Source of the DNA: Sphingomonadales bacterium
GTDB taxonomy: Bacteria > Pseudomonadota > Alphaproteobacteria > Sphingomonadales > CAKZYD01
Length of the DNA: 43,074 nt
Reading direction: 5' to 3'
NCBI GenBank assembly: GCA_050114795.1
Contig: JASFRS010000002.1
Coordinates: 1 to 43,074 of the forward strand
Below, piece by piece: positions 35,228 to 43,074 of this stretch. Both the position numbers and the translations under genes were made by a program. Below the pieces are notes generated by a model. That model did not search any database and was not told where the DNA came from. It saw only the letters and a list, made by a program, of their open reading frames with translations. Positions within the stretch are counted from its first letter, which is position 1. Every line of letters begins with the position of its first letter.

Positions 35228-38023
35228 ATGACTGATTCTGAAAATAATTTACGCAAAAATGTTAGGCATAATATGCGTCAGGCTAAACTTCTTCTTTCAT
35301 GTGTTTTGGTATCCACTGTTCTTATTTTAACTGTTGGACGCGCGGGGCAAGCTCAGGTTTTCGACCCGCGGTTATTGGAACAGCTTCAGGATGAGATATC
35401 TTCTGGACCGAAACGTCGAACCACAAAGTCGCCTGTGGACCAAAGCCGGGGGCAGGCTCAGATAAGAAGACAAGGTCAGTTTTTACAGACAGATCAGTCG
35501 GGTCAATATGGTGCATTGCCTGCTCTTGAGGAAGAAGAGACTCCGTCTGTATTGGAATTGGATTTTCGTGATCGCCTCAGCGATCCGGAACTCGTTCAAT
35601 TTGGCTATAATATCTTTGATCGATTTGATGAGGTTGACGATCCGTTATCAGGGCGGATTGCAGACGATTATATTCTCGGGATTGGCGATGAAATCGTAGC
35701 TGTTTTTCAAGGTAATGAGAAATCTGAGGTTTTTACGCAAGTCGACAGTGAAGGCCGTTTGATCATTGGAGATATTCCCCCCATAAACGCAGCTGGCCGC
35801 AAATTTGGTGACGTGCGTGCGGAGATCGAAGCCCGCGTTAAACAGGTATTATTGGGTACAAATGTATATGTTTCTGTAGGGGCCGTAAAATCTATTACAG
35901 TTCAAGTTATTGGTGAGGTGGAATACCCCGGCTCTTATGTTGTGACTTCTTTGTCAGATGCTCTGGACGTTTTAATTGCAGCTGGCGGCGTGAAGAAGAG
36001 CGGTAGCCTTAGAAGTGTTAGGCTCATTAGAGGGTCGACTAGTAAAGGCCTGGATTTATACTCAGTACTTGCGGGAACAACGCCAACTGACCTCAGCCTG
36101 CAGGGAGGGGATCGTATTGTTGTGCCGCCGATCACACACTCTGTCGCAGTTGCGGGTGACGTATTGCGACCAGCAATTTATGAGCTTTCTTCAGATAGGC
36201 GTGAAACGCTTGAGGACATCCTTAAATTTGCTGGTGGTGCGATTAGACCACGCGGCAATGATATCACACTTAGTCGGATTGCTGAGGATGGTCGGGAGAC
36301 TTATTCATCTGTAGATAGTTTGTCTGCGACAGCGCAAAGTGCAGATGCGATATATGTCGCGTCGCGTGGTGGGCTTCAACAGGGACGTATTTCTTTGGCC
36401 GGACATATCCGCTCTCCTGGTCCCAGAGCATTGGGGAAAACGCCTTCCATTGCACATGTCATTGAAGGCACAGCCAATTTGCTACCCAACGCCTATATGC
36501 CCTTTGCGATTCTAGAACGAACAGATGACCTTACTCGCAGTAAGGTCTTAGAGTCAGTAAATTTAATCGATGTTGCAAATGGGGCAGATGTTCAGCTTAA
36601 AAGCGAAGATAATCTCATCGTTTTTAGCACATCTGATGTCGCATTTATTACGTCTGGGGTTGTAAGGGATATTGTATTAGGGCAATCAAACTCTTTGCCA
36701 GAATGCAGGTCGTTGTCGAGTTTGGAAAGGCTTGTTCAACAAGTTCAAACTGACCGCTTTTCTGGGATTGTTAAGGGCGTCTTTCTTGTTGAAAAAGGGG
36801 GGCAAGCATCTGCTGCCGATTTGAATTCTCTGCGGACGAGTGGTTCAAGCAATGTGGGGCAAGAAGCGAAAACGGTAAAAGGTGAATCTAAATCTGAGAT
36901 TATGCAGCTTCAAAGGCAGGCAAGAGCTTCAGGGGAAGGAGAAGCACAGGAAGATGAGTCTTCCCTCTGCCCACAAGTGTTTGAAGATTATCCTGATGTT
37001 TTGCCCTTTGCACTTGAGCATGTTGTTGCAGTGTCTGGAGCCGTGCGCAATCCAGGGGCCCTTCCTGTATCTGGAAAAATAAGCCTGCAAAATCTTATCA
37101 CATTATCAGGTGGTTATGCGCGGGATGCAGATGATTTGAATGTCGAAGTTATAAACGTTAATTATGATATCGCATCCCAAACAGGCCAAACTGAACGCTC
37201 TACCATTCAAGGGTCGGTCGTTGACTTCAAAGATGTAGAAATTGTTCCGGGGAGTAGTGTTCGGGTCCAATCAATTTCCGATGACCAGGAGACGGGTGCC
37301 GTATTATTGACGGGTGAGTTTCGCAGGCCGGGTAGTTATACGATCCAGCGGGGTGAGACATTGGCCCAATTGATCGATAGAGCCGGGGGCGTTACATCTC
37401 AGGCTTATCCTTATGGCGCAGTTTTTACGCGTAGATCGGTAAAAGAAGCACAGGAAGAAGGCTTTAAACGAGCCTCGCGTGAGTTAAATGCGGCGCTTGC
37501 GGTTGCTGCATTACGTAAAAATGTGGACGCAAGCGCTGTGGCGGCAGCCCAACAATTAAGTGGTCGCTTTGAAACTGCTGAGGCCCTTGGCCGGATGGTT
37601 ATTGAAGCTGATCCCCGGGTATTGAAGTTACGGAATGACCTAAATGTCGTTTTGGAGCCTGGAGATACTTTATTTATGCCAAAGCGGCCTGGGCATGTGT
37701 TGATGATTGGGGATGTATTAAATCCTGGAGCATTGCAGTTCATTAGGGGCAAAGATGTTGCTGATTATCTCGGCGAAGCGGGGGGCTTACAATCCAGTGC
37801 GGATGATGATCGCATATTCCTTGTTTATCCAAATGGCGTTGCCAAGCCGGTTCGGGTTTCCGCATGGCGTAGTTCATCAGCCCTGGTTCCTCCCGGGTCA
37901 ACAATTGTAGTGCCCAAAGATACGGATCCGTTGGCGGCACTTGACTTGACAAGAGATATCACGGGTATTGTGAGCCAGTTGGCAATTTCAGCGGCATCAC
38001 TTGCAGTTATCTTTGATAGATAA
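35228..38023 (+). CDS. polysaccharide export protein with several SLBB domains (Wza-like, elongated)
   Basis: Signal peptide ending GRAGQAQV. A Poly_export-like segment is present (ILGIGDEIVAVFQG...VDSEGRLIIGDIPPINAAGRKFGDVRAEIE). Repeated SLBB-like units each end in G(D/S)x(I/L)xVP (GDRIVVPP, GDTLFMPKRP, GSTIVVPKD; a similar GSSVRVQS lacks the VP). Length is 931 aa. Confidence 0.8.
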   Translation: MTDSENNLRKNVRHNMRQAKLLLSCVLVSTVLILTVGRAGQAQVFDPRLLEQLQDEISSGPKRRTTKSPVDQSRGQAQIRRQGQFLQTDQSGQYGALPALEEEETPSVLELDFRDRLSDPELVQFGYNIFDRFDEVDDPLSGRIADDYILGIGDEIVAVFQGNEKSEVFTQVDSEGRLIIGDIPPINAAGRKFGDVRAEIEARVKQVLLGTNVYVSVGAVKSITVQVIGEVEYPGSYVVTSLSDALDVLIAAGGVKKSGSLRSVRLIRGSTSKGLDLYSVLAGTTPTDLSLQGGDRIVVPPITHSVAVAGDVLRPAIYELSSDRRETLEDILKFAGGAIRPRGNDITLSRIAEDGRETYSSVDSLSATAQSADAIYVASRGGLQQGRISLAGHIRSPGPRALGKTPSIAHVIEGTANLLPNAYMPFAILERTDDLTRSKVLESVNLIDVANGADVQLKSEDNLIVFSTSDVAFITSGVVRDIVLGQSNSLPECRSLSSLERLVQQVQTDRFSGIVKGVFLVEKGGQASAADLNSLRTSGSSNVGQEAKTVKGESKSEIMQLQRQARASGEGEAQEDESSLCPQVFEDYPDVLPFALEHVVAVSGAVRNPGALPVSGKISLQNLITLSGGYARDADDLNVEVINVNYDIASQTGQTERSTIQGSVVDFKDVEIVPGSSVRVQSISDDQETGAVLLTGEFRRPGSYTIQRGETLAQLIDRAGGVTSQAYPYGAVFTRRSVKEAQEEGFKRASRELNAALAVAALRKNVDASAVAAAQQLSGRFETAEALGRMVIEADPRVLKLRNDLNVVLEPGDTLFMPKRPGHVLMIGDVLNPGALQFIRGKDVADYLGEAGGLQSSADDDRIFLVYPNGVAKPVRVSAWRSSSALVPPGSTIVVPKDTDPLAALDLTRDITGIVSQLAISAASLAVIFDR

Positions 38024-38107
38024 CTGAGATATTTAAATAGGGACACTGAATATATTAGTTGGATTCGGTGTTGCAGGGGCGAAGGCGGCATATAAATCTC
38101 GAGAGAG

Positions 38108-39154
38108 ATGGAGATGGTTGACATTATTTTATCGGTTCTGATCGGGCTGAGCCTTGCTTTCCTAACGGGCCTTTTCGCTTATCCTATTGGAAAAGCGTTA
38201 AAAGTACTGGACTACCCTGACCCTGTTGGAGGGCGGAAGCGTCATGATGCAGTTACGCCCTTGGTTGGTGGTGTTGCTGTTGTCGCAATTTTATCTTTGA
38301 TGTTGGCCTATTTAAGTGTTGGCCTCATGGGCGCGTCTCAAAATGAGGCTCAGGTGGCGGCGTGGCTTAATGTTATTGCCGTTGGCACTTTTCTCGTTGG
38401 ATTTACGGACGATCGTTTGCACCTCTCGCCAATCCCAAGGCTTGCTGTAACAATTGCGCTATTTTTTGCAGCGACGGCCTATGTGCCGGTGTTCAAACTG
38501 GAGTTCTTATATTTTGCTTTCATCGATAATGTGCAGTTTTTAGGGGCGACAGCTGCCGCGTTTACAATCCTTTGCCTTGTCGGTTTAGTGAATGCCATCA
38601 ATATGGCAGACGGGAAAAACGGCCTTGTTGTTGGCATGTCCATGATTTGGGCACTACTCCTCATCTTGTATACGAGTGAAAGCTTAAGACCGGTCTATAT
38701 CGCTCTCTTCTCTGGTCTGTCCGTGTTGTTTGTTTTTAACTTGCGTGGCAAATTGTTTTTAGGTGACGGTGGAAGCTATGGATTGGCTGGTTTTATCGGC
38801 ATGTCTTCTATTTACGCTTATAATGTCAGCTTTACCCATATGGGTGCAGAGCAGATTGTGCTTTGGTTTCTAGTCCCCGTTTTGGACTGCTTGCGCTTGA
38901 TGGTTTCACGGGTATTGATTGGGCGTTCCCCATTCAGTGGGGACAGGAATCACCTACATCATTTTCTGGCTTTGAGATATGGTTGGAATAGGGGCCTGAC
39001 TGTCTATTTATCGCTCGTAGGAATCCCTTCGATTCTGGCGTGGTTTATGCCGCAAGCTACTGTTTTCTTTATTATTTTTGTGACTTTTGTGTATTGGTTT
39101 ATCACTCTTGCTGCGAAGCGAAAAATCCGAAAACAGAGCCTTGCATCGGCCTAA
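38108..39154 (+). CDS. MraY/WecA-family (GT4) polyprenyl-phosphate sugar-1-phosphate transferase
   Basis: About 10 TM helices. The family pattern runs LDYPDPVGGRKRHDAVTPLVGG, then FTDD, NAINMADGKNGL and FLGDGGSY. Confidence 0.8.
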   Translation: MEMVDIILSVLIGLSLAFLTGLFAYPIGKALKVLDYPDPVGGRKRHDAVTPLVGGVAVVAILSLMLAYLSVGLMGASQNEAQVAAWLNVIAVGTFLVGFTDDRLHLSPIPRLAVTIALFFAATAYVPVFKLEFLYFAFIDNVQFLGATAAAFTILCLVGLVNAINMADGKNGLVVGMSMIWALLLILYTSESLRPVYIALFSGLSVLFVFNLRGKLFLGDGGSYGLAGFIGMSSIYAYNVSFTHMGAEQIVLWFLVPVLDCLRLMVSRVLIGRSPFSGDRNHLHHFLALRYGWNRGLTVYLSLVGIPSILAWFMPQATVFFIIFVTFVYWFITLAAKRKIRKQSLASA

Positions 39155-39225
39155 GTGAAATTTTTCTTATGAAAAGTCTTTTCCTTCGCGAAACAATCAG
39201 TATAGTGGCGCCCGCCTGACAACGT

Positions 39226-39300
39226 TGGGGCGTAGCCAAGTGGTAAGGCAGCGGGTTTTGATCCCGCCATGCGCAGGTTCGAATCCTGCCGCCCCAGCCA
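39226..39300 (+). tRNA. tRNA-Gln (anticodon UUG)
   Basis: Cloverleaf read by hand. The acceptor TGGGGCG pairs with CGCCCCA. The anticodon stem is GCGGG/CCCGC with loop TT-TTG-AT. The T arm is GCAGG-TTCGAAT-CCTGC. Discriminator G and an encoded CCA follow. Confidence 0.95.
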
Positions 39301-39368
39301 ACAATTCTCCTTATCTTCAAAATCTTTCATGCCTTGCACCGATAAGGGCTAAAGGCTAATCCCATTAT

Positions 39369-41822
39369 ATGAATGCAAGCTTTGAACAAATGCTCTCTGA
39401 CCTGTGTGATGGGCTTAAAAGCCACAGTCAGGCAATCGTTGTTGCGCCTCCTGGTACGGGCAAGACCACAAGAATTCCACCACGCCTGATAGAGCAGGAT
39501 TGGGCGCAGGCCGGACAGGTTGTCGTTTTGGAGCCTCGACGAGTTGCCGCGCGGGCCAGTGCGGATTTTATTGCAAGATCGCGAGGAGAGAAAACGGGGA
39601 AGGTGGTTGGTTATGAACTCCGTCTCGACCGTAAAATTTCACAGGCAACGAGAATCAATTTTCAAACCGAAGGGCTATTTCTGCGTCGATTGATTGCTGA
39701 TCCGGAATTAGACGGTGTAACGGCAGTAGTCTTTGATGAATTCCACGAGAGAAGTTTGAATGCGGATCTGTGTCTTGCTTTGTGTCTTGAGATACAAGGA
39801 GCCTTGCGGCCCGACTTAAAAATAATCATCATGTCTGCAACGCTTGATATAGAGCCGATCCAACGCGTGTTAAAAACAGCGCTTCGCGTTCAATGTGATG
39901 CGGTATTGCACCCAATAGAAACACGTTATCTTGGAAAGGATCGGGATACTCCTACGGGCATCCGGGTGGCCCAAGCAATTGCGCGCGCAATGAACCAAGA
40001 TGAAGGCTCAATATTGGCTTTCCTCCCAGGCCAAAGGGAAATTAATCGCTGCTTTGATTCCCTTCGGGAGATGAAGCTGGATGATCAAGCCGATATCTAC
40101 CCACTTCACGGTCAATTAGATGCCCGCACTCAAGATGAGGCTATAGCGCCTGTAGGTGAGGGCGTACGGCGTAAAGTCGTGCTGTCCACAGCAATAGCGC
40201 AGACCAGTCTAACGATTGAGGGCGTGCATATCGTGATAGATAGCGGTTTGTCTCGAAATGCATGCTATGACCCGCGAAGTGGCCTCAACAGGCTGGTCAC
40301 GGAAAAAGTCACAAGATCAAGCGCTGATCAAAGGCGTGGCCGTTCTGGTAGAACGGGGCCGGGCATTTGCTATCGATTATGGGATGAGGAACAAAATCGT
40401 GCTCTCATTCCATTCGATGAGCCGGAGATATGCTCAGCAGATTTAACGAGTTTGGCGCTTATTCTGGCAGATTGGGGTGTCCAGAATTATGAGACGATAA
40501 ACTGGATTGATGTCCCGCCAAAGGCGGCCATGGACCAAGCCTATGACCTGCTAGAACAGTTGGAGGCTGTCGATCAAAAGCGCAATATTACCAACATGGG
40601 GCGTGCAATGGTCAAAATGCCGCTCCATCCGCGTTTGTCTCATATGATTCTAAAAGCTGTTGATCGGGGCGAGGGAAAAAGGGCGGCTTATCTGGCTGCG
40701 ATGCTCAGCGAACAGGGTATAGGCGGTAAGAATGTGGATTTGGAGGCGCGCTTTGAGCAATTTGTGCGGGATGCTTCCAGACGGTCCAAAGCCCTAAAGG
40801 CTCAGGCTATGCATTGGCTAGACGGTCGGGTACCAAAACAGGAGACGGGAAAACTGTCCTTGGGGGCGCTTTTAAGTCTTGGCTTTCCGGACAGAGTTGC
40901 ACGAGCGCGCAGTTCCCGGCCAGGTTATTACACTTTAGCGAATGGCAGTGGCGCGCACGTGGATGCCCATGATGCTCTGGCGAAACAAGATTTCCTCGCG
41001 ATCTTTGAACTAAGTGGGGCGAAACAGGATGCGCGTATTTTCTCGGCTGCGGCCATCTTAAAATCTGAAATTGAATCGCTATTTTCTAAGCAAATCAAAA
41101 CGGAGATGACCATCAGCTTTGACGCGCAGAGCCAATCTCTGCGTGCCATGAGAGGGCGTCGTTTGGGAGCGCTCATTTTGGCCCAAGATCCATCTGCCGT
41201 CCCCAGAGGGCAGGGTGCTGAGATATTGTTGGAGGCCGTGAAAGAAGCTGGGCTTGCTATATTGCCATGGGGGAAATCAACCTTGGCCTGGCTGGAAAGG
41301 CTCCGCTTTCTATCCCGTGAAGGGGATGTTGAGTTGCCTGACTTTCAGGAGGAAGCGCTGCTCAATTCAATGGACATATGGTTACGCCCACTGCTGGAGG
41401 ATGTTCAAGGACTTGGGCAGATAAAAGCGGAGCAGCTTGATGCGGCTTTAAAAAATAGGCTTGATTGGTCGCAGAACAAACATATCGAAACAGCAGCACC
41501 CAGTCACTTTACAGCGCCAACCGGAGCAAAACATCCAATAGACTATAGTGCGGAAGCAGGGCCAATCGTTTCACTTCGCTTGCAGGAGCTCTTCGGATTG
41601 GGTGAGCATCCCAGATTGGGGCCGAAGCAGTGGCCTTTGCGCCTGGCCCTTTTGTCGCCCGCTCATCGGCCAATTCAAATCACCCAGGATTTGCCTGGCT
41701 TTTGGCGTGGTTCTTATGCACAGGTTCGTTCAGAAATGCGTGGACGCTATCCAAAACACTTTTGGCCGGAAAACCCATTGGACGCTGAACCAACTCGCCG
41801 TGCCAAACGGCGTGGGGGTTAA
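39369..41822 (+). CDS. hrpB: ATP-dependent RNA helicase HrpB
   Basis: DEAH-box helicase motifs APPGTGKTT, DEFHERS, SAT and QRRGRSGR. The long HrpB-type C-terminal domain ends in ..RGRYPKHFWPENP. Confidence 0.9.
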   Translation: MNASFEQMLSDLCDGLKSHSQAIVVAPPGTGKTTRIPPRLIEQDWAQAGQVVVLEPRRVAARASADFIARSRGEKTGKVVGYELRLDRKISQATRINFQTEGLFLRRLIADPELDGVTAVVFDEFHERSLNADLCLALCLEIQGALRPDLKIIIMSATLDIEPIQRVLKTALRVQCDAVLHPIETRYLGKDRDTPTGIRVAQAIARAMNQDEGSILAFLPGQREINRCFDSLREMKLDDQADIYPLHGQLDARTQDEAIAPVGEGVRRKVVLSTAIAQTSLTIEGVHIVIDSGLSRNACYDPRSGLNRLVTEKVTRSSADQRRGRSGRTGPGICYRLWDEEQNRALIPFDEPEICSADLTSLALILADWGVQNYETINWIDVPPKAAMDQAYDLLEQLEAVDQKRNITNMGRAMVKMPLHPRLSHMILKAVDRGEGKRAAYLAAMLSEQGIGGKNVDLEARFEQFVRDASRRSKALKAQAMHWLDGRVPKQETGKLSLGALLSLGFPDRVARARSSRPGYYTLANGSGAHVDAHDALAKQDFLAIFELSGAKQDARIFSAAAILKSEIESLFSKQIKTEMTISFDAQSQSLRAMRGRRLGALILAQDPSAVPRGQGAEILLEAVKEAGLAILPWGKSTLAWLERLRFLSREGDVELPDFQEEALLNSMDIWLRPLLEDVQGLGQIKAEQLDAALKNRLDWSQNKHIETAAPSHFTAPTGAKHPIDYSAEAGPIVSLRLQELFGLGEHPRLGPKQWPLRLALLSPAHRPIQITQDLPGFWRGSYAQVRSEMRGRYPKHFWPENPLDAEPTRRAKRRGG

Positions 41823-41872
41823 TGGATTAATTCCAGCCCCCATCGCCATGCTGGCTTTAGATTATTGTAGCC

Positions 41873-43074
41873 CTAGTTTGTTTGGGTATCTGTAAAGGCT
41901 AAACACTCCATACAAACAGCGTATACATGATTGGGATCATTCAAGGTGAATGGTAGCGCAAGCTGCTCCCTTACAACGCGGATAAGCTCACCTTCGACAG
42001 ACGTTTTTGAAGAGTGGTATTGCCCCATATGAATACTTAAGTTGTCTGCCAACTCGCGCAGGAACAGGTCCAATGCGCTGGGCTCTTCCTGAACCACAAT
42101 TTTCTTATAGTTTTCAACACCTGCGCGTTCTGCTGCAGCTTTAATGGCTTGATCTAAGCTACCCAGATGATCCACAAGTCCCAGTTCATGAGCTTTAACC
42201 CCGTCCCACACGCGACCTTGGCCAATCGCGTCAACAGCTTCGGGTGTCATATCTCGGCCACGGGCAACGAGATTGATGAATTTTTCATAGCCGTTTTCAA
42301 TGGACTGCTGGATGATGTCGGCAATCAATGGATTCATGGGCCGTGTGGGGCTGTATCCACCGGAAAGGCTGGTGGTCCCAACTCCATCCGAATGAATGCC
42401 TAAGCTGTCCATAGCGTTTTCTGCTGTAAGCAGAACGCCGAATATACCAATAGAGCCAGTAATAGTCGTAGGCTCAGCCCAAATTTCATCGGCCGTCGAT
42501 GAAATCCAATAGCCCCCCGATGCAGCCAAAGACCCCATAGAGGCAATAACGGGTTTGCCGTCTTCTTGCGCGCGCTCCAACTCACGGCGGATGATTTCTG
42601 ATGCGAAGGCGCTGCCTCCAGGGCTATCAACACGCAGAACGATCGCTTTGACATCGTCATTTAATCGTGCGCTGCGAATAAGATTTGCAAGGGTTTCTCC
42701 ACCAACTGTCCCAGCCGGTTGTTCGCCATCCATGATGGTGCCTACAGCATAAATCACGGCGATTTTGTTTTCAGGCCCGCCAAGGGGAAGGGGCTTGGTC
42801 GCTTTTAAATAGGTTTCCATGGCAATGCCATTAAAGCCATTGCCATTCCTACCGGAGCCAACTTGGTCAACAAGCCAGTCGCTCATTTCATCGCGGCTTT
42901 TTAATTCATCAACAAGGCCCATGTTCAAAGCTAATTGCGCAAGATCACCGCCGGCTGAGCGCAATAGCTCAGGAACCTCATTATAATCGGCACTTAGATT
43001 TACGCCTTTATCCCCGCGTGCGGCATGAACATCCTCACGATAAGCATCCCATAAGGCATTCAAGAATGCGGTCT
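41873..43074 (-). CDS. sppA: signal peptide peptidase SppA, 67K type (N-terminus lies beyond the window end)
   Basis: The frame stays open to the window edge. The ClpP/crotonase-like S49 motif is VLRVDSPGGSAFASE...MGSLAASGGYWIS. Confidence 0.85.
   Translation of the reverse strand, partial: TAFLNALWDAYREDVHAARGDKGVNLSADYNEVPELLRSAGGDLAQLALNMGLVDELKSRDEMSDWLVDQVGSGRNGNGFNGIAMETYLKATKPLPLGGPENKIAVIYAVGTIMDGEQPAGTVGGETLANLIRSARLNDDVKAIVLRVDSPGGSAFASEIIRRELERAQEDGKPVIASMGSLAASGGYWISSTADEIWAEPTTITGSIGIFGVLLTAENAMDSLGIHSDGVGTTSLSGGYSPTRPMNPLIADIIQQSIENGYEKFINLVARGRDMTPEAVDAIGQGRVWDGVKAHELGLVDHLGSLDQAIKAAAERAGVENYKKIVVQEEPSALDLFLRELADNLSIHMGQYHSSKTSVEGELIRVVREQLALPFTLNDPNHVYAVCMECLAFTDTQTN

Noticed and set aside
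39102-39339. Two minus-strand ORFs (72 aa and 62 aa) between the WecA-like gene and hrpB.
   Set aside because: They run antisense through tRNA-Gln (39226-39300). Their open frames are explained by the tRNA sequence.

Overview
This 43-kb window looks like core chromosome of an alphaproteobacterium. The clade call rests on a CcrM-type GANTC methyltransferase with its typical C-terminal domain. About 37 protein-coding genes and one tRNA-Gln(UUG) are supported. The track ORFs on the opposite strand of these genes are treated as shadows.

Gene content is mostly housekeeping:
- DNA repair and nucleic acid metabolism: tag, family-4 UDG, rnhB, hrpB.
- Central and redox metabolism: gpmA, hppD, ETF-ubiquinone oxidoreductase, ispE, moaB.
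- Sulfate activation: cysD-cysNC followed by galE.
- Transport: MATE, an RND/MMPL-type exporter and an EamA transporter.
- Regulators: TetR, MarR and LysR families.
- Envelope: Slt-like lytic transglycosylase, SppA, and a multi-SLBB polysaccharide export protein with a WecA-like transferase.

I found no transposase, integrase, phage gene, CRISPR array or recognisable defence or toxin system. I cannot honestly point to a clear novel multi-gene system.

The observations worth a second look are:
1. Seven GANTC sites are packed into 162 bp upstream of ccrM.
2. Two diverged copies of a module (REP-like palindrome, conserved non-coding block with a compensatory hairpin, small ORF) bracket a 5.4-kb block.
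3. A YHYH-motif secreted-protein gene is split by a G7 homopolymer frameshift.
4. A shared ~27-bp AT-rich box sits in front of both genes flanking the LysR regulator.
5. A structured ~290-nt region with promoter-like hexamers and a strong intrinsic terminator lies just upstream of rnhB.
6. A rubrerythrin / CCG Fe-S protein / DUF3501 operon of unknown function contains an internal GC-rich hairpin.

Family assignments come from motif recognition by eye and were not confirmed by any search.
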